A stretch of DNA of 64,000 nt from Novosphingobium sp. (GCA_035278205.1 DATEJH010000002.1:6763-70762), one strand, 5' to 3'; shown: positions 10,823-23,645, counted from the stretch's first letter. Notes: generated from the sequence alone by a model not told the origin. Numbers and translations are program-made.

Positions 10823-11653
10823 TCAATCGCCGTCGAGCAGATTACCCAGGCCGCCGAGCACTGAACCCTCGCCGCGGTTCTGTCCGCCGCGCGATCCCGC
10901 GGCAGCCAGCATCCGCCCCGCCAGGCGCGAGAAGGGCAGGGACTGAATCCAGACCTTGCCCGGGCCGCGCAGCCGGGCGAAGAACACGCCTTCCCCGCCG
11001 AAGATCATCGACTTGACCGATCCCGCGCGGATCACGTCGAAATCGATACCGGAGGTATAGGCGGCGACGCAGCCGGTATCGACGTGGAGTTCCTCGCCCG
11101 AGGCCAGTTCGCGTTCTACCACGGTGCCGCCCATCTGGACGAAGACCCAGCCGTCCCCTTCCAGCCTTTGCATGATGAAGCCTTCGCCCCCGAACAGACC
11201 GGTCATGATCCGCTGCTGGAAATGGATGCCGATCTGCACTCCGCGCGCCGCTGCGAGGAAGGCGTCCTTCTGGCAGATCAGCCTGCCGCCGACCTGGTCC
11301 AGCTTGATCGGCAGGATCGCGCCCGGCACCGGCGCGGCGAAGGCAACGCGTGCCTTGCCTTGGCCCTGATGGGTGAAGACGGTGGTGAAAAGGCTTTCGC
11401 CGGTGACGAGCCGCTTGCCGGCCCCCAGCAGCTTGCCCATGAAGCCGCTCCCCTGGCCTCCGGAGCCGTCGCCGAAGACGGTCGACATGTCGACCGACGA
11501 ATTCTTCCAGACCATCGCTCCGGCCTCTGCCACGGCGCTTTCGCTGGGGTCGAGCTCTATCTCGACGAACTGCAGTTCCTGTCCCTTGATCTCGAAATCC
11601 ACGTCGTCCGAGACCGAGGAACTGCGGGCGTGGGTCCAGGGGCTGTTGGCCAT
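10823..11653 (-). CDS. TIGR00266 / AIM24 family protein
   Basis: AEAGAM, TGESLF, GGEGF, GPGKVWIQSLP motifs; start taken at MANSPW. Confidence 0.85.
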   Translation of the reverse strand: MANSPWTHARSSSVSDDVDFEIKGQELQFVEIELDPSESAVAEAGAMVWKNSSVDMSTVFGDGSGGQGSGFMGKLLGAGKRLVTGESLFTTVFTHQGQGKARVAFAAPVPGAILPIKLDQVGGRLICQKDAFLAAARGVQIGIHFQQRIMTGLFGGEGFIMQRLEGDGWVFVQMGGTVVERELASGEELHVDTGCVAAYTSGIDFDVIRAGSVKSMIFGGEGVFFARLRGPGKVWIQSLPFSRLAGRMLAAAGSRGGQNRGEGSVLGGLGNLLDGD

Positions 11654-11811
11654 GACAACTCCGTTACGTTGAAAATGTGAAGCGTTTTGGGACGCCGGGG
11701 CACGCAACTTCTGGAGCCGGCGAATATTCTTGTCAAACGACGCCGATCGAATAGTCTTGGCCCTTAGTCGACAGCCAAAAGGCTGCGGCACCTTGGGCGA
11801 GGATCACATCC

Positions 11812-12540
11812 ATGAAGCGATGGAAGGCGCGCGTTCCCGGTTTCTGTGTCGTGATGGCGCTGGCGGTGGCTCCCGCATATGCCGATGCCGTGGCGGACGC
11901 AGGAACACGGCCAGCCGGCCAACCCGTTGCTGTGCCTTACGGGCAGGACCAACAGCGGACCTCACGCGGCTTCGACCTGATCCGGTCGGGCAAGCCGAAG
12001 CAGGCGATCGCCGAATTCGACGCGGTTATCGCAGCGTCGGAGCACCGCCACCTCAGCGATCCGCGCCCGCGCTTCTGCGGGCGGGTCCAGAACGATGCCC
12101 GACTGCGCGCCGGCACGGCCGATGCGCCGGTCCTGATCGACCCAGCCGTCTGCGACGCGCATTTCGGCAAAGGGTATGCACTCATCGACATGGGCCGCGG
12201 TGATCTGGCCGAAGCCGAGTTGCGGCGCGCGATGGAACTTGCGCCTTTCGACGCCCACTATGCCAACGAATATGCCGAACTGTTCAAGTCGCGGCGCGAC
12301 TGGCACACTTCGCTCGCGCTGTTCACGCGCGCGTGGAGCGTCGTCGACAAGAATCCCGCCGGGCCCGATGCGGGCCTCGCCGCCCGGGCACTGCGCGGCA
12401 TCGGCTACAACGAAATGATGCTCGGCAACTTCGACGAGGCCGAGAGCCGGTTCCGGCAGTCGCTGGACTTCGAGGCGGACAGCAAGGCTGCCCGAATCGA
12501 ACTCGCTTATATCGCCCGCAAGAAGGCGATCGGCTCGTAA
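11812..12540 (+). CDS. Secreted tetratricopeptide-repeat protein
   Basis: Signal peptide-like N-terminus and TPR-like helices (AHFGKGYALIDMG..AEAELRRAMELAP). Confidence 0.75.
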   Translation: MKRWKARVPGFCVVMALAVAPAYADAVADAGTRPAGQPVAVPYGQDQQRTSRGFDLIRSGKPKQAIAEFDAVIAASEHRHLSDPRPRFCGRVQNDARLRAGTADAPVLIDPAVCDAHFGKGYALIDMGRGDLAEAELRRAMELAPFDAHYANEYAELFKSRRDWHTSLALFTRAWSVVDKNPAGPDAGLAARALRGIGYNEMMLGNFDEAESRFRQSLDFEADSKAARIELAYIARKKAIGS

Positions 12541-12561
12541 GAGCGACTTGGAAGGGCCGGG

Positions 12562-13953
12562 CTATTTTTTGAGCTCGGCCTTTTTCTTTTTCATCGCATC
12601 GTGGAAGCGGTCCGCCCAGCCGGGCTTGACCAGTTGGTCGCTGCGCACGAGGCGCAGTTCGCCGGGGGCAACATCGCGCGTGACGGCGCTGCCGGCGGCG
12701 ACGATAGCGTCCGCGCCGATCTTCACCGGTGCCACCAGGGCGCTGTTCGAACCAATGAAGGCGCGTTCGCCGATAATGGTCTTGTGCTTGAAATAGCCGT
12801 CGTAGTTGCAGGTGATCGTGCCCGCGCCGACGTTGGCGCCGGCGCCGATCTCGGCATCGCCGAGGTAGGCCAGGTGGTTGGCCTTCGCGCCTTCGCCGAG
12901 CACCGCTTTCTTCACCTCCACGAAATTGCCGACCTTTGATTTCGACTTCAGCACCGCGCCCGGGCGCAGGCGCGCATAGGGTCCGATCTCGACCCCGCTT
13001 TCCAGCGTGGCGCCCTCCAGGTGCGAGAAGGCGTGGATAGTCACGTTGTCGGCAACGGTCACGCCGGGGCCGAAGATGACATTGGGCTCGACGGTAACGT
13101 CGCGGCCGAGCCGTGTATCCCACGCGAAGAACACGGTTTCCGGCGCAATGAGGGTAGCACCTTCGGCCATGGCGTCTTCGCGGCGCTTCCTCTGCCAGCA
13201 CGCCTCGGCCTCGGCGAGTTCGCCGCGGCTGTTGATGCCGCCCACCTCATGCTCGTCCTCAGTACTGATGACGGCGCAGTTCCGCCCTTCGAGCGTCGCG
13301 ACATTGACGATGTCAACCAGGTAGTATTCGCCTTGGGCATTGTCGTTGCCGACGCGTGAGAGCAGGTCGAACAGATCTGCCGAGCGCACCGCCATCAGCC
13401 CGGAATTGCAAAGTCGGCAGGCGCGCTGCTCCTCCGTCGCATCCTTGTACTCGACCATCATGGCGATGCGCCCGTCGTCATGTGCGAGCACACGCCCGTA
13501 TTGCAGCGGATCCTCCGGTTCGAAGCCGAGCACCACGACGGCAGGGGCATCTTCAGCATGAAGGCGCTCGATCATTGCGCGCATCGTTACGGTGCGCACG
13601 AAAGGCACGTCGCCGTAGAGGATCAGGACATCCCCATCGAACCCACTCAGCGCGTCCTGTGCTTGCTGGACGGCGTGGCCGGTGCCGAGCTGCGGCTCCT
13701 GCACCGCGATGGCGGCGCTCTCTCCCAGCGCTTTCTCCAGCTGCTCTCGCCCGTGGCCCGCAACCACCACCTGCCGCTCGGGCGAGAGCGCGGCGACGCT
13801 GTCCAGCAGGTGCTCGATCATCGGCCGGCCGGCGATCGGATGAAGGACCTTGTGCACCTCGCTTTTCATGCGGGTTCCCTTGCCGGCGGCAAGAATGACG
13901 ACAGCGAGGGGAGGGAGGGGGAGGGGCGGAGCAGCGGATGAATTTTCGACCAT
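12562..13953 (-). CDS. glmU: Bifunctional UDP-GlcNAc pyrophosphorylase / glucosamine-1-phosphate acetyltransferase
   Basis: ILAAGKGTRMKS, QLGTGHAV, hexapeptide repeats, ITCNYDG. Confidence 0.97.
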   Translation of the reverse strand: MVENSSAAPPLPLPPLAVVILAAGKGTRMKSEVHKVLHPIAGRPMIEHLLDSVAALSPERQVVVAGHGREQLEKALGESAAIAVQEPQLGTGHAVQQAQDALSGFDGDVLILYGDVPFVRTVTMRAMIERLHAEDAPAVVVLGFEPEDPLQYGRVLAHDDGRIAMMVEYKDATEEQRACRLCNSGLMAVRSADLFDLLSRVGNDNAQGEYYLVDIVNVATLEGRNCAVISTEDEHEVGGINSRGELAEAEACWQRKRREDAMAEGATLIAPETVFFAWDTRLGRDVTVEPNVIFGPGVTVADNVTIHAFSHLEGATLESGVEIGPYARLRPGAVLKSKSKVGNFVEVKKAVLGEGAKANHLAYLGDAEIGAGANVGAGTITCNYDGYFKHKTIIGERAFIGSNSALVAPVKIGADAIVAAGSAVTRDVAPGELRLVRSDQLVKPGWADRFHDAMKKKKAELKK

Positions 13954-14011
13954 GGCGGCTCTGTGCCAGCAAATTGTTGCGGTTTCCACACCAAGTCTTA
14001 ACTCTGGGCGG

Positions 14012-14713
14012 ATGACTTCTTTCCCATTCGACATCGTCGGCTTCGATCTCGACGGAACCCTTCTCGACAGTCACGGCGACCTCGCGGCGGCGGTCAACCA
14101 TGCGCTGGGCATCGAGGCACGGCCCGCCATTGCGCCTGCAGATGTGCGCGACCTGATCGGCGGCGGGGCGAAGAAGATGCTCGCCAGGGCCCTCGACGCG
14201 ACGGGCGGTCCGGTCGAGGACGAACGGTTCGACGAGCTGTACGCGATCCTGCTCGGCTTTTATGAAGCCAATATAGCGGTCGAGACCCGCGTCTTCCCCG
14301 GGGGCGAGGAAATGCTCGACGCTCTTGCCGCGCGCGGCGTGAAGCTCGCGGTGGTGACCAACAAGCTGGAGCGGCTTGCCGTGCGCATCTTCGACGAGCT
14401 CGGCCTTTCCGACCGCTTCTATACCGTGATCGGTGGTGACACGCTGGGGCCAGGCAGGGCGAAGCCGAAGCCTGACCTGCTGTTCGAGATGCTCCACCGC
14501 GCAGGCGTGCCGCGAGAAGGCGCGCGCGCGGTCTATGTCGGGGATACGACCTACGACACCGGCGCCGCCGCCGCGGCGGGACTGCCCTGCGTCGCAGTGA
14601 GCTTCGGTTTCTGCGACAAGCCGCCGCGCGAACTCGGCGCCAACGCGGTGATCGATCGCTTCGACCAGCTTATCCCGGCGCTCGACCACATCGGAGCTGC
14701 CTCGGTACCCTGA
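14012..14713 (+). CDS. gph: HAD-IA hydrolase, phosphoglycolate phosphatase-like
   Basis: FDLDGTLLDS, VTNK, KPKP, VGD motifs. Confidence 0.8.
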   Translation: MTSFPFDIVGFDLDGTLLDSHGDLAAAVNHALGIEARPAIAPADVRDLIGGGAKKMLARALDATGGPVEDERFDELYAILLGFYEANIAVETRVFPGGEEMLDALAARGVKLAVVTNKLERLAVRIFDELGLSDRFYTVIGGDTLGPGRAKPKPDLLFEMLHRAGVPREGARAVYVGDTTYDTGAAAAAGLPCVAVSFGFCDKPPRELGANAVIDRFDQLIPALDHIGAASVP

Positions 14714-14763
14714 AGAAAAGGAAAATCCCTCGTCCGGCCAAGGCGGCCGGAACAGAGTTGCGC

Positions 14764-14858
14764 AAAAGCCCCACCCGCGACCGCTCTCCCCTTCGGCAAC
14801 CTCAGGATGCGGGAGGGGGAGAGTCAGCGTGCCATCCAAAGCCAGGGGTGGGGTTTTT
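14764..14858. repeat. Composite palindromic element / possible bidirectional terminator containing one REP arm
   Basis: AAAAGCCCCACCC (14764-14776) is inverted to GGGTGGGGTTTTT (14846-14858); CTTCGGCAACCTCAGGAT at 14791-14808 lies inside. Confidence 0.55.
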
Positions 14859-15037
14859 ACACCACCCGGTTCCGCCCGTTCCGGGGAGGAATGGACAAAG
14901 CCCCCTGCTGGCGGATGCTGGCCTATGCCGGGGAAGAACGCCTGAGGCACGGCAGGAACATCGGGCCGGCGCCTGGGGCGCGGCTTGGTGACGGATGCGC
15001 GTTCTTGACGGACCCGCCACGCAAGGGCGAGGCCGGC

Positions 15038-16435
<1,398 letters not shown>

Positions 16436-16456
16436 TCTCGGGCTCCGTTCCAACAA

Positions 16457-16544
16457 CCCTTCGACAAGCTCAGGGTGAGCGGGTTTGGTTCAATTGGGCA
16501 AAGCTACAAGCACAACATCCGCTCATCCTGAGCGTGTCGAAAGA
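16457..16544. repeat. Inverted pair of ~27-bp REP-like repeats between sucB and lpdA
   Basis: CCCTTCGACAAGCTCAGGGTGAGCGG ... CCGCTCATCCTGAGCGTGTCGAAAGA. Confidence 0.85.
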
Positions 16545-16563
16545 TGTCGCGCAACCGCGGTCT

Positions 16564-17802
16564 TCACAAATCGATGAGCAGGCGCGTCGGATCCTCGATC
16601 GCTTCCTTGATGATCTTCAGCGCCGTCACCGCCTCGCGGCCATCGATCAGGCGGTGGTCGTAGGAGAGCGCGATGTACATCATCGGGCGGATGACGATCT
16701 CGCCATTGCGGACCACCGGGCGCTCGTCGATGCGGTGCAGGCCGAGAACCGCCGACTGCGGCGGGTTGATGATCGGCGTTGACATCAGCGAGCCGAATAC
16801 GCCGCCGTTGGAAATGGTGAAGGTGCCGCCCTTCATGTCCTCCATGGTGAGCGTGCCGTCCTTGGCCTTCTTGCCGTAGTCGGCGATCGACTTCTCGATC
16901 TGGGCGAAGGAGAGCTTGTCGCAGTCGCGCACGACCGGGACGACGAGGCCGTTGGGTGCCGAGACCGCGACCGAGATGTCGACGTAATCGTGATAGACGA
17001 TCTCGTCGCCCTCTATGTAGGCATTTGCGGCGGGCACGTCCTTGAGCGCCAGGACCGAGGCCTTGGCGAAGAAGCTCATGAAGCCGAGGCGGATGCCGTG
17101 CTTCTTCTCGAACACATCCTTGTACTTGTTGCGCGCCTCGATGACGGCGGACATGTCGACATCGTTGAAAGTGGTGAGGAGGGCGGCAGTGTCCTGCGCG
17201 CTCTTGAGGCGCTTGGCGATGGTCTGACGCAGGCGCGTCATCTTGACGCGCTCTTCGTTGCGGCCTTGTCCTTCGGCAAGCTCAGGACGAGCGGTGACGG
17301 AGACCGTCGGCGCCGGGCTGGCGGCCTTGGCCTGCGCGGCGGCGACCACGTCATCCTTGGTGATCCGGCCGTCCTTGCCGGTGCCCTTGATGGCCGACGG
17401 ATCGATCCCGTATTCGAGCACGGCACGGCGCACCGCGGGAGAGAGGACGGAGGCGCCCGCGGGTGCTTCCTCGGCGGCAGGAGCCGGGGCCGCCGCAGTG
17501 GCGGCTGGCGCAGGTGCCGCGGCGGCGGTTACGGCTTCCTTCCCGGGCGCTGGCGCGGCGCCGGTGCCATCCTCGATCGTGGCGATCAGCGCGCCGACGG
17601 TGACGGTGTCACCCTCCTTGGCAAGCTGCTGCCCCAGCACGCCCGCATGCGGCGCCATGACGTCGATGGCGACCTTGTCGGTCTCAAGGCTGGCGATGGG
17701 CTCGTCGGCGGAAACGGCCTCGCCGGGTTGCTTGAGCCACTGGCCGATCGTGGCCTCGGACACGGATTCGCCGAGCGTGGGGACCTTGACTTCGGTGGAC
17801 AT
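16564..17802 (-). CDS. sucB: 2-oxoglutarate dehydrogenase E2, dihydrolipoyllysine succinyltransferase
   Basis: Lipoyl domain ETDKV, E3-binding [15 protein letters not shown]. Confidence 0.97.
   Translation of the reverse strand: MSTEVKVPTLGESVSEATIGQWLKQPGEAVSADEPIASLETDKVAIDVMAPHAGVLGQQLAKEGDTVTVGALIATIEDGTGAAPAPGKEAVTAAAAPAPAATAAAPAPAAEEAPAGASVLSPAVRRAVLEYGIDPSAIKGTGKDGRITKDDVVAAAQAKAASPAPTVSVTARPELAEGQGRNEERVKMTRLRQTIAKRLKSAQDTAALLTTFNDVDMSAVIEARNKYKDVFEKKHGIRLGFMSFFAKASVLALKDVPAANAYIEGDEIVYHDYVDISVAVSAPNGLVVPVVRDCDKLSFAQIEKSIADYGKKAKDGTLTMEDMKGGTFTISNGGVFGSLMSTPIINPPQSAVLGLHRIDERPVVRNGEIVIRPMMYIALSYDHRLIDGREAVTALKIIKEAIEDPTRLLIDL
17268..17294. repeat. Single REP arm inside the sucB coding sequence
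   Basis: GTCCTTCGGCAAGCTCAGGACGAGCGG, encoding TARPELAEG. Confidence 0.8.
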
Positions 17803-17810
17803 GGTTTATC

Positions 17811-20663
17811 TCAAGCCTTCTGCTTGCGTCGGAGTTCGTCACGGACGGAAAGGTGGAGCGCATCGGCGACCAGCGCGGCCTGTTCGGCGACGTGACGCTT
17901 GGCGAGGCCGGTCGCGGGCGAGGCGGCGGCGTGGCGGCCGGCATAGCGCGGCCGGCATGACTTCACGCCCGCCTCCCGCGCGGCTTCCTCGATCAGCGAT
18001 TCGACGAAGAACCAGGCGCCGTTGTTGCGCGGCTCTTCCTGGCACCAGACGATCTCCTCGAGGTTGGCCATGCGTGACAGGCGCAGGGCCAGCGGCTCGC
18101 CGGGGAAGGGGTAGAGCTGTTCGAGGCGGATGATCTGCGTGTCGTCCAAATCGGCCGCATCGCGGGCCTCGAAGAGATCGTAGGCTACCTTGCCCGAGCA
18201 GAGGATGACTTTCCTCGTCGCCTCGTCGCTGGGGCCCTTGGGATCCGAGAGGATGCGGAAGAAGTGGCCGTCGCCGATGAAGTCCGAAGCCTTCGATTTC
18301 GCCATCGGATGACGCAGCAGGGATTTGGGCGTCATGATGATCAGCGGCTTGCGGAACGGCCGGTGCATCTGCCGGCGCAGCACGTGGAAGTAGTTGGCCG
18401 GCGTGGTGATGTTGCAGACCTGGATATTGTCCTGCGCACAGAGTTGCAGGTAGCGTTCCATGCGCGCCGAGGAGTGCTCCGGCCCCTGGCCCTCGTAGCC
18501 GTGCGGCAGCAGCATCACCAGGCCGTTGGCGCGCAGCCACTTGGCTTCCGATGCCGCAACGTACTGGTCGATGATGATCTGGGCGCCGTTGGCGAAGTCG
18601 CCGAACTGGGCTTCCCACAGCACCAGGGTCTTGGGATCGGCACTGGCATAGCCGTATTCGAAACCGAGTACGCCATATTCCGACAGCGTCGAGTTCAGAA
18701 CCTCGAACTTGCCATGCGGCAGGGTCCACAACGGGGCGTACTTGCGTTCGTTCCTCTGGTCTACCCAGACGGCGTGGCGCTGCGAGAAGGTGCCCCTCTC
18801 GACGTCCTGGCCGGAGAGGCGCACGCCGTAGCCTTCGGAGACGAGGCTGCCGAAGGCCAGCGCCTCGGCGGTCGCCCAGTCGAAGCCCTCGCCGCTCTTG
18901 AACATTTCCTCTTTCGCGTCGATCACGCGGGCGAGGGTCTTGTGAATGGTCAGGTCCTGGGGAACCGTCGTCAGCGTGCGGCCCAGGCTGTCGAACAGCT
19001 TGGTCTCGATGCCGGTGGCGACATTGCGCCGGGCGGTTTCAGGATCGACCGGCTTGTTGAATCCGCTCCAGCGCCCGCTGAACCAGTCGGCGTGGTTTGA
19101 CTTGTAGGTTTTTGCAGCTTCGAACTGTTCCTCGAGATAGGCGTTGAAAGCGGCCTCGGCCTCGAGCAGGAAATTGTCATCGATCACGCCGTCGGCCTTG
19201 AGCCGCTGCGCGTAGATCTTGCTGACCGGCGGATGCTTGCGGATCTGCTCATACATCAGCGGCTGGGTGAAGCTCGGCTCGTCGCCCTCGTTATGACCGA
19301 AGCGGCGGTAGCACCACATGTCGATCACGACGTCGCGGCCGAAGGTCTGGCGATAGTCGATCGCCAGCTTGCAGGCGAAAGTCACCGCCGCCGGATCGTC
19401 GCCGTTGACGTGCAGGATCGGCGCCTGGACACCCTTGGCAACATCGGTCGGATAAGGCGAGTTGCGTGCGAAGTTCGGCGTCGTGGTGAAGCCGATCTGG
19501 TTGTTGATGACGAAGTGGATGCACCCGCCGGTATTGTATCCGGCGACGCCGGAAAGGCCGAAGCACTCCCACACGACGCCCTGGCCGGCGAAAGCCGCGT
19601 CGCCGTGGATCAGCACCGGCAGCACCTGCTTGTGCCTGGCACCGGGGCCGATATCGTCGCCGATATCGTCGTGGTGTACCTGGTAGGCACGCACCTTGCC
19701 CAGCACGACCGGATCGACCGTCTCCAGATGCGACGGGTTGGGCATCAGGCTCATGTGCACCTTGATGCCGTCGAACTCACGGTCAGTGGAGGTGCCAAGG
19801 TGGTACTTGACGTCGCCCGAGCCGCCGACGTCCTCTGGATTGGCGGTCCCGCCCGAGAATTCGTGGAAGATCACCTTGTAGGGCTTGGCCATGACATTGG
19901 CGAGAACGTTGAGGCGGCCGCGGTGGGCCATGCCGTAGACGATCTCCTTCACGCCAAGCATACCGCCGTACTTGATGACCGATTCCAGCGCCGGAATCAT
20001 CGCTTCGCCGCCGTCCAGGCCGAAACGCTTGGTGCCCACGTACTTCTTGGCGAGAAACTTCTCGTACTGCTCGCCGCGGACGACCGCCCGGAGAATCGCC
20101 TTCTTGCCCTCGGGCGTGAACTCGATCTCCTTGTCGGCGCCTTCCATGCGGTCCTGCAGGAAGCGGCGTTCCTCGACATCGGCGATGTGCATGTATTCAA
20201 GGCCGACCTTGCCGCAGTAATTGGCGCGCAGGATCTGCACCAGTTCGCGCACGGTCGTCCATTCCAGGCCGAGCGTTCCGCCGACATAGACAGGCCGGTC
20301 GAGCGCCTCGCCGGTGAAGCCGTGGTATTCGGGCGTCAGGTCCGCCGGGAGCTTGGCGTGGGAAAGGCCGAGCGGGTCGAGATCGGCGCTGAGGTGCCCG
20401 CGCACGCGATAGGTGCGGATCAGCATCATCGCGCGGATGGCATCGGCTGCCGCTTCGTCCATGCGGGCCTGGTCCACCTTGGTGCCGCCCTTGGCAGGCG
20501 CCTTTTCGATCCGCGCCCTCAGCGCTGTCGGATCGAGGCCCTGTGTCAGGTCGTCCTCGAACTCCGGTCCCACGGGGGGCCAGTTGCTGCGCTGCCAGCT
20601 CGGTCCCGGCTGGGGGCCGTCCATGCCGATATCGGGCGTGAAATCAAAATTCTCGTTGCCCAT
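17811..20663 (-). CDS. sucA: 2-oxoglutarate dehydrogenase E1
   Basis: GMAHRGRLN, GDVKYHLG, HGDAAFAGQG, WEAQFGDF. Confidence 0.97.
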   Translation of the reverse strand: MGNENFDFTPDIGMDGPQPGPSWQRSNWPPVGPEFEDDLTQGLDPTALRARIEKAPAKGGTKVDQARMDEAAADAIRAMMLIRTYRVRGHLSADLDPLGLSHAKLPADLTPEYHGFTGEALDRPVYVGGTLGLEWTTVRELVQILRANYCGKVGLEYMHIADVEERRFLQDRMEGADKEIEFTPEGKKAILRAVVRGEQYEKFLAKKYVGTKRFGLDGGEAMIPALESVIKYGGMLGVKEIVYGMAHRGRLNVLANVMAKPYKVIFHEFSGGTANPEDVGGSGDVKYHLGTSTDREFDGIKVHMSLMPNPSHLETVDPVVLGKVRAYQVHHDDIGDDIGPGARHKQVLPVLIHGDAAFAGQGVVWECFGLSGVAGYNTGGCIHFVINNQIGFTTTPNFARNSPYPTDVAKGVQAPILHVNGDDPAAVTFACKLAIDYRQTFGRDVVIDMWCYRRFGHNEGDEPSFTQPLMYEQIRKHPPVSKIYAQRLKADGVIDDNFLLEAEAAFNAYLEEQFEAAKTYKSNHADWFSGRWSGFNKPVDPETARRNVATGIETKLFDSLGRTLTTVPQDLTIHKTLARVIDAKEEMFKSGEGFDWATAEALAFGSLVSEGYGVRLSGQDVERGTFSQRHAVWVDQRNERKYAPLWTLPHGKFEVLNSTLSEYGVLGFEYGYASADPKTLVLWEAQFGDFANGAQIIIDQYVAASEAKWLRANGLVMLLPHGYEGQGPEHSSARMERYLQLCAQDNIQVCNITTPANYFHVLRRQMHRPFRKPLIIMTPKSLLRHPMAKSKASDFIGDGHFFRILSDPKGPSDEATRKVILCSGKVAYDLFEARDAADLDDTQIIRLEQLYPFPGEPLALRLSRMANLEEIVWCQEEPRNNGAWFFVESLIEEAAREAGVKSCRPRYAGRHAAASPATGLAKRHVAEQAALVADALHLSVRDELRRKQKA

Positions 20664-20848
20664 TGGAATCACCTTTCCTCGCCGGATCAACTTCTTCCGA
20701 CGCTACCGAGCAATCAGATGCGGCCTTTGAAGGTTTCCCGGGGAGGTTGCTTCTGTCGGCCAGGGGACGCAGCGTGTCCGCCCATGGTTTATATTCCGCA
20801 ACCTGCGCCTAAGGGTTTACCCCGGGGGCGCAGGTCGCGAGGCTAGCC

Positions 20849-21739
20849 TCAGGCGTATTCCTTGAGCACTTCCACCAGGGTTTCGCCCAGGAGCGATGGC
20901 GAGGGGGAGACTCGGATGCCCGCGTCCTCCATCGCCGCGATTTTGTCCTCGGCGCCGCCCTGGCCGCCCGACACGATAGCGCCGGCGTGGCCCATGCGGC
21001 GTCCCGGAGGGGCGGTGCGGCCGGCGATGAAGCCGACCATCGGCTTCTTGCGGCCACGCTTCGCCTCGTCCTTGAGGAACTGTGCGGCTTCTTCCTCGGC
21101 GCTGCCGCCGATCTCGCCGATCATGATGATCGACTTGGTCTCGTCGTCGGCCAGGAACAGCTCCAGCACGTCGATGAAGTTGGTGCCGTTGACCGGATCG
21201 CCGCCGATGCCGACCGCAGTGGTCTGGCCAAGCCCTGCGTTGGTGGTCTGGAACACGGCCTCATAGGTGAGCGTGCCCGAGCGGCTGACGACGCCGACCG
21301 AACCCTTGGAGAAGATGTTGCCGGGCATGATGCCGATCTTGCACTCGTTGGGCGTCAGCACACCGGGGCAGTTCGGGCCGATCAGGCGCGACTTCGAGCC
21401 GGTCAGGGCGCGCTTCACCGGGATCATGTCGAGCACCGGGATGCCCTCGGTGATGCAGATGATCAGCTCCATCTCTGCGTCGATCGCCTCGAGGATGGCG
21501 TCGGCGGCGCCGGCCGGCGGCACATAGACGCACGAGGCGGTCGCACCGGTCACGGCCTTGGCTTCGGCGACGGTGTTGAACTGCGGCAGGCCGAGGTGCT
21601 CGGTGCCGCCCTTGCCCGGGGTCACGCCCGCGACCATCTGCGTGCCGTAATCGAGCGCGGCCTGCGTGTGGAAGCTGCCGGTCGAGCCGGTCATGCCCTG
21701 GGTGATGACCTTGGTGTTCTTGTTTACGAGGATGCTCAT
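20849..21739 (-). CDS. sucD: Succinyl-CoA synthetase alpha subunit
   Basis: [27 protein letters not shown]. Confidence 0.97.
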   Translation of the reverse strand: MSILVNKNTKVITQGMTGSTGSFHTQAALDYGTQMVAGVTPGKGGTEHLGLPQFNTVAEAKAVTGATASCVYVPPAGAADAILEAIDAEMELIICITEGIPVLDMIPVKRALTGSKSRLIGPNCPGVLTPNECKIGIMPGNIFSKGSVGVVSRSGTLTYEAVFQTTNAGLGQTTAVGIGGDPVNGTNFIDVLELFLADDETKSIIMIGEIGGSAEEEAAQFLKDEAKRGRKKPMVGFIAGRTAPPGRRMGHAGAIVSGGQGGAEDKIAAMEDAGIRVSPSPSLLGETLVEVLKEYA

Positions 21740-22020
21740 TCGAAATCTTCCTTCTGCGGGCCACGCCTCAATTTGAAGCTCGCCAGAACTACAATTGCGC
21801 TCTCGGCGAAGGCTATCCACGAACCCATTGCAAGGACCGCTCCTAACCCAAGCCTATCGTCACGGTCCCAAATGGGAGTCAGGTGATAGTCGATAGCTAA
21901 GTAGGCGGCTACCACGCCAGCTGAGAACGCAGCCAACCTGCTCCAACGCCACCCTCCGATTACTCCAGCGATGCCATGGACAATTAGTGCGAGTAACGGA
22001 GGGGCGAGCAAGAAGAGCAC
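21736..22020 (-). CDS. Small hydrophobic membrane protein of unknown function
   Basis: 94 aa with about three hydrophobic segments; fills the mdh-sucD gap and overlaps the sucD start by ATGA. Confidence 0.6.
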   Translation of the reverse strand: MLFLLAPPLLALIVHGIAGVIGGWRWSRLAAFSAGVVAAYLAIDYHLTPIWDRDDRLGLGAVLAMGSWIAFAESAIVVLASFKLRRGPQKEDFE

Positions 22021-22029
22021 GACGACGAC

Positions 22030-23031
<1,002 letters not shown>

Positions 23032-23279
23032 TCAAGGCGGCCTGCTTTGTCCCGCAGAAGGCAGGTGCCGTCGGTTTCGAGGCGCCCCTACGCCCCTCGG
23101 CACGACATTGCAACCGCGAAAAGGCCTTACGGGTAGAAGGGTTGGGGGATTTTACTGATAATAGTTCGCAATTGCAATTTGACACGGAAGAGCAGAAGCT
23201 TTCCGGGCGATTGCGAAGCTCTTCGCATCGCGCGGAGCGGCTGGCAAGCTGCTTGTCGTGACTGGTTGGCGGGGCAGGG

Positions 23280-23645
23280 TCAGCCGCGCACGGCCATCCT
23301 GCGGGCAAAGGCATCGGCCATGCGGCGGTCGAGCTGGCGACAGATTGAAATCCACCAATCGTACGCCTCGCCGTCATCGGCAGCGTGGGCGGCCTCGGCA
23401 TTGGCGCGGGCATGGATCGCGGCAGAGATGCCGTGCCGGGCGAAATGGCGCAGGGCTTCGACCAGCACGCGCTCATCGTTCGCCGCCTGCTGCGGCCGAC
23501 CCTGAGGCGCCGTATAGGCGGCGACCACCCCCCGCAGGCTTTCACGCCGGTTGTCGTTGACGGCGTTCAGCGGCGCGCAGGGGCAGAGCGCACGCACGAT
23601 CGTCGGGCTTCTGCCGCCCCAAGCGGCGGCAAAGCGGATTGCCAT
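23280..23645 (-). CDS. Hypothetical protein
   Basis: Coding-like C-terminal half (ALRHFARHGISAA...WWISICRQLDRRMA); start uncertain. Confidence 0.55.
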   Translation of the reverse strand: MAIRFAAAWGGRSPTIVRALCPCAPLNAVNDNRRESLRGVVAAYTAPQGRPQQAANDERVLVEALRHFARHGISAAIHARANAEAAHAADDGEAYDWWISICRQLDRRMADAFARRMAVRG

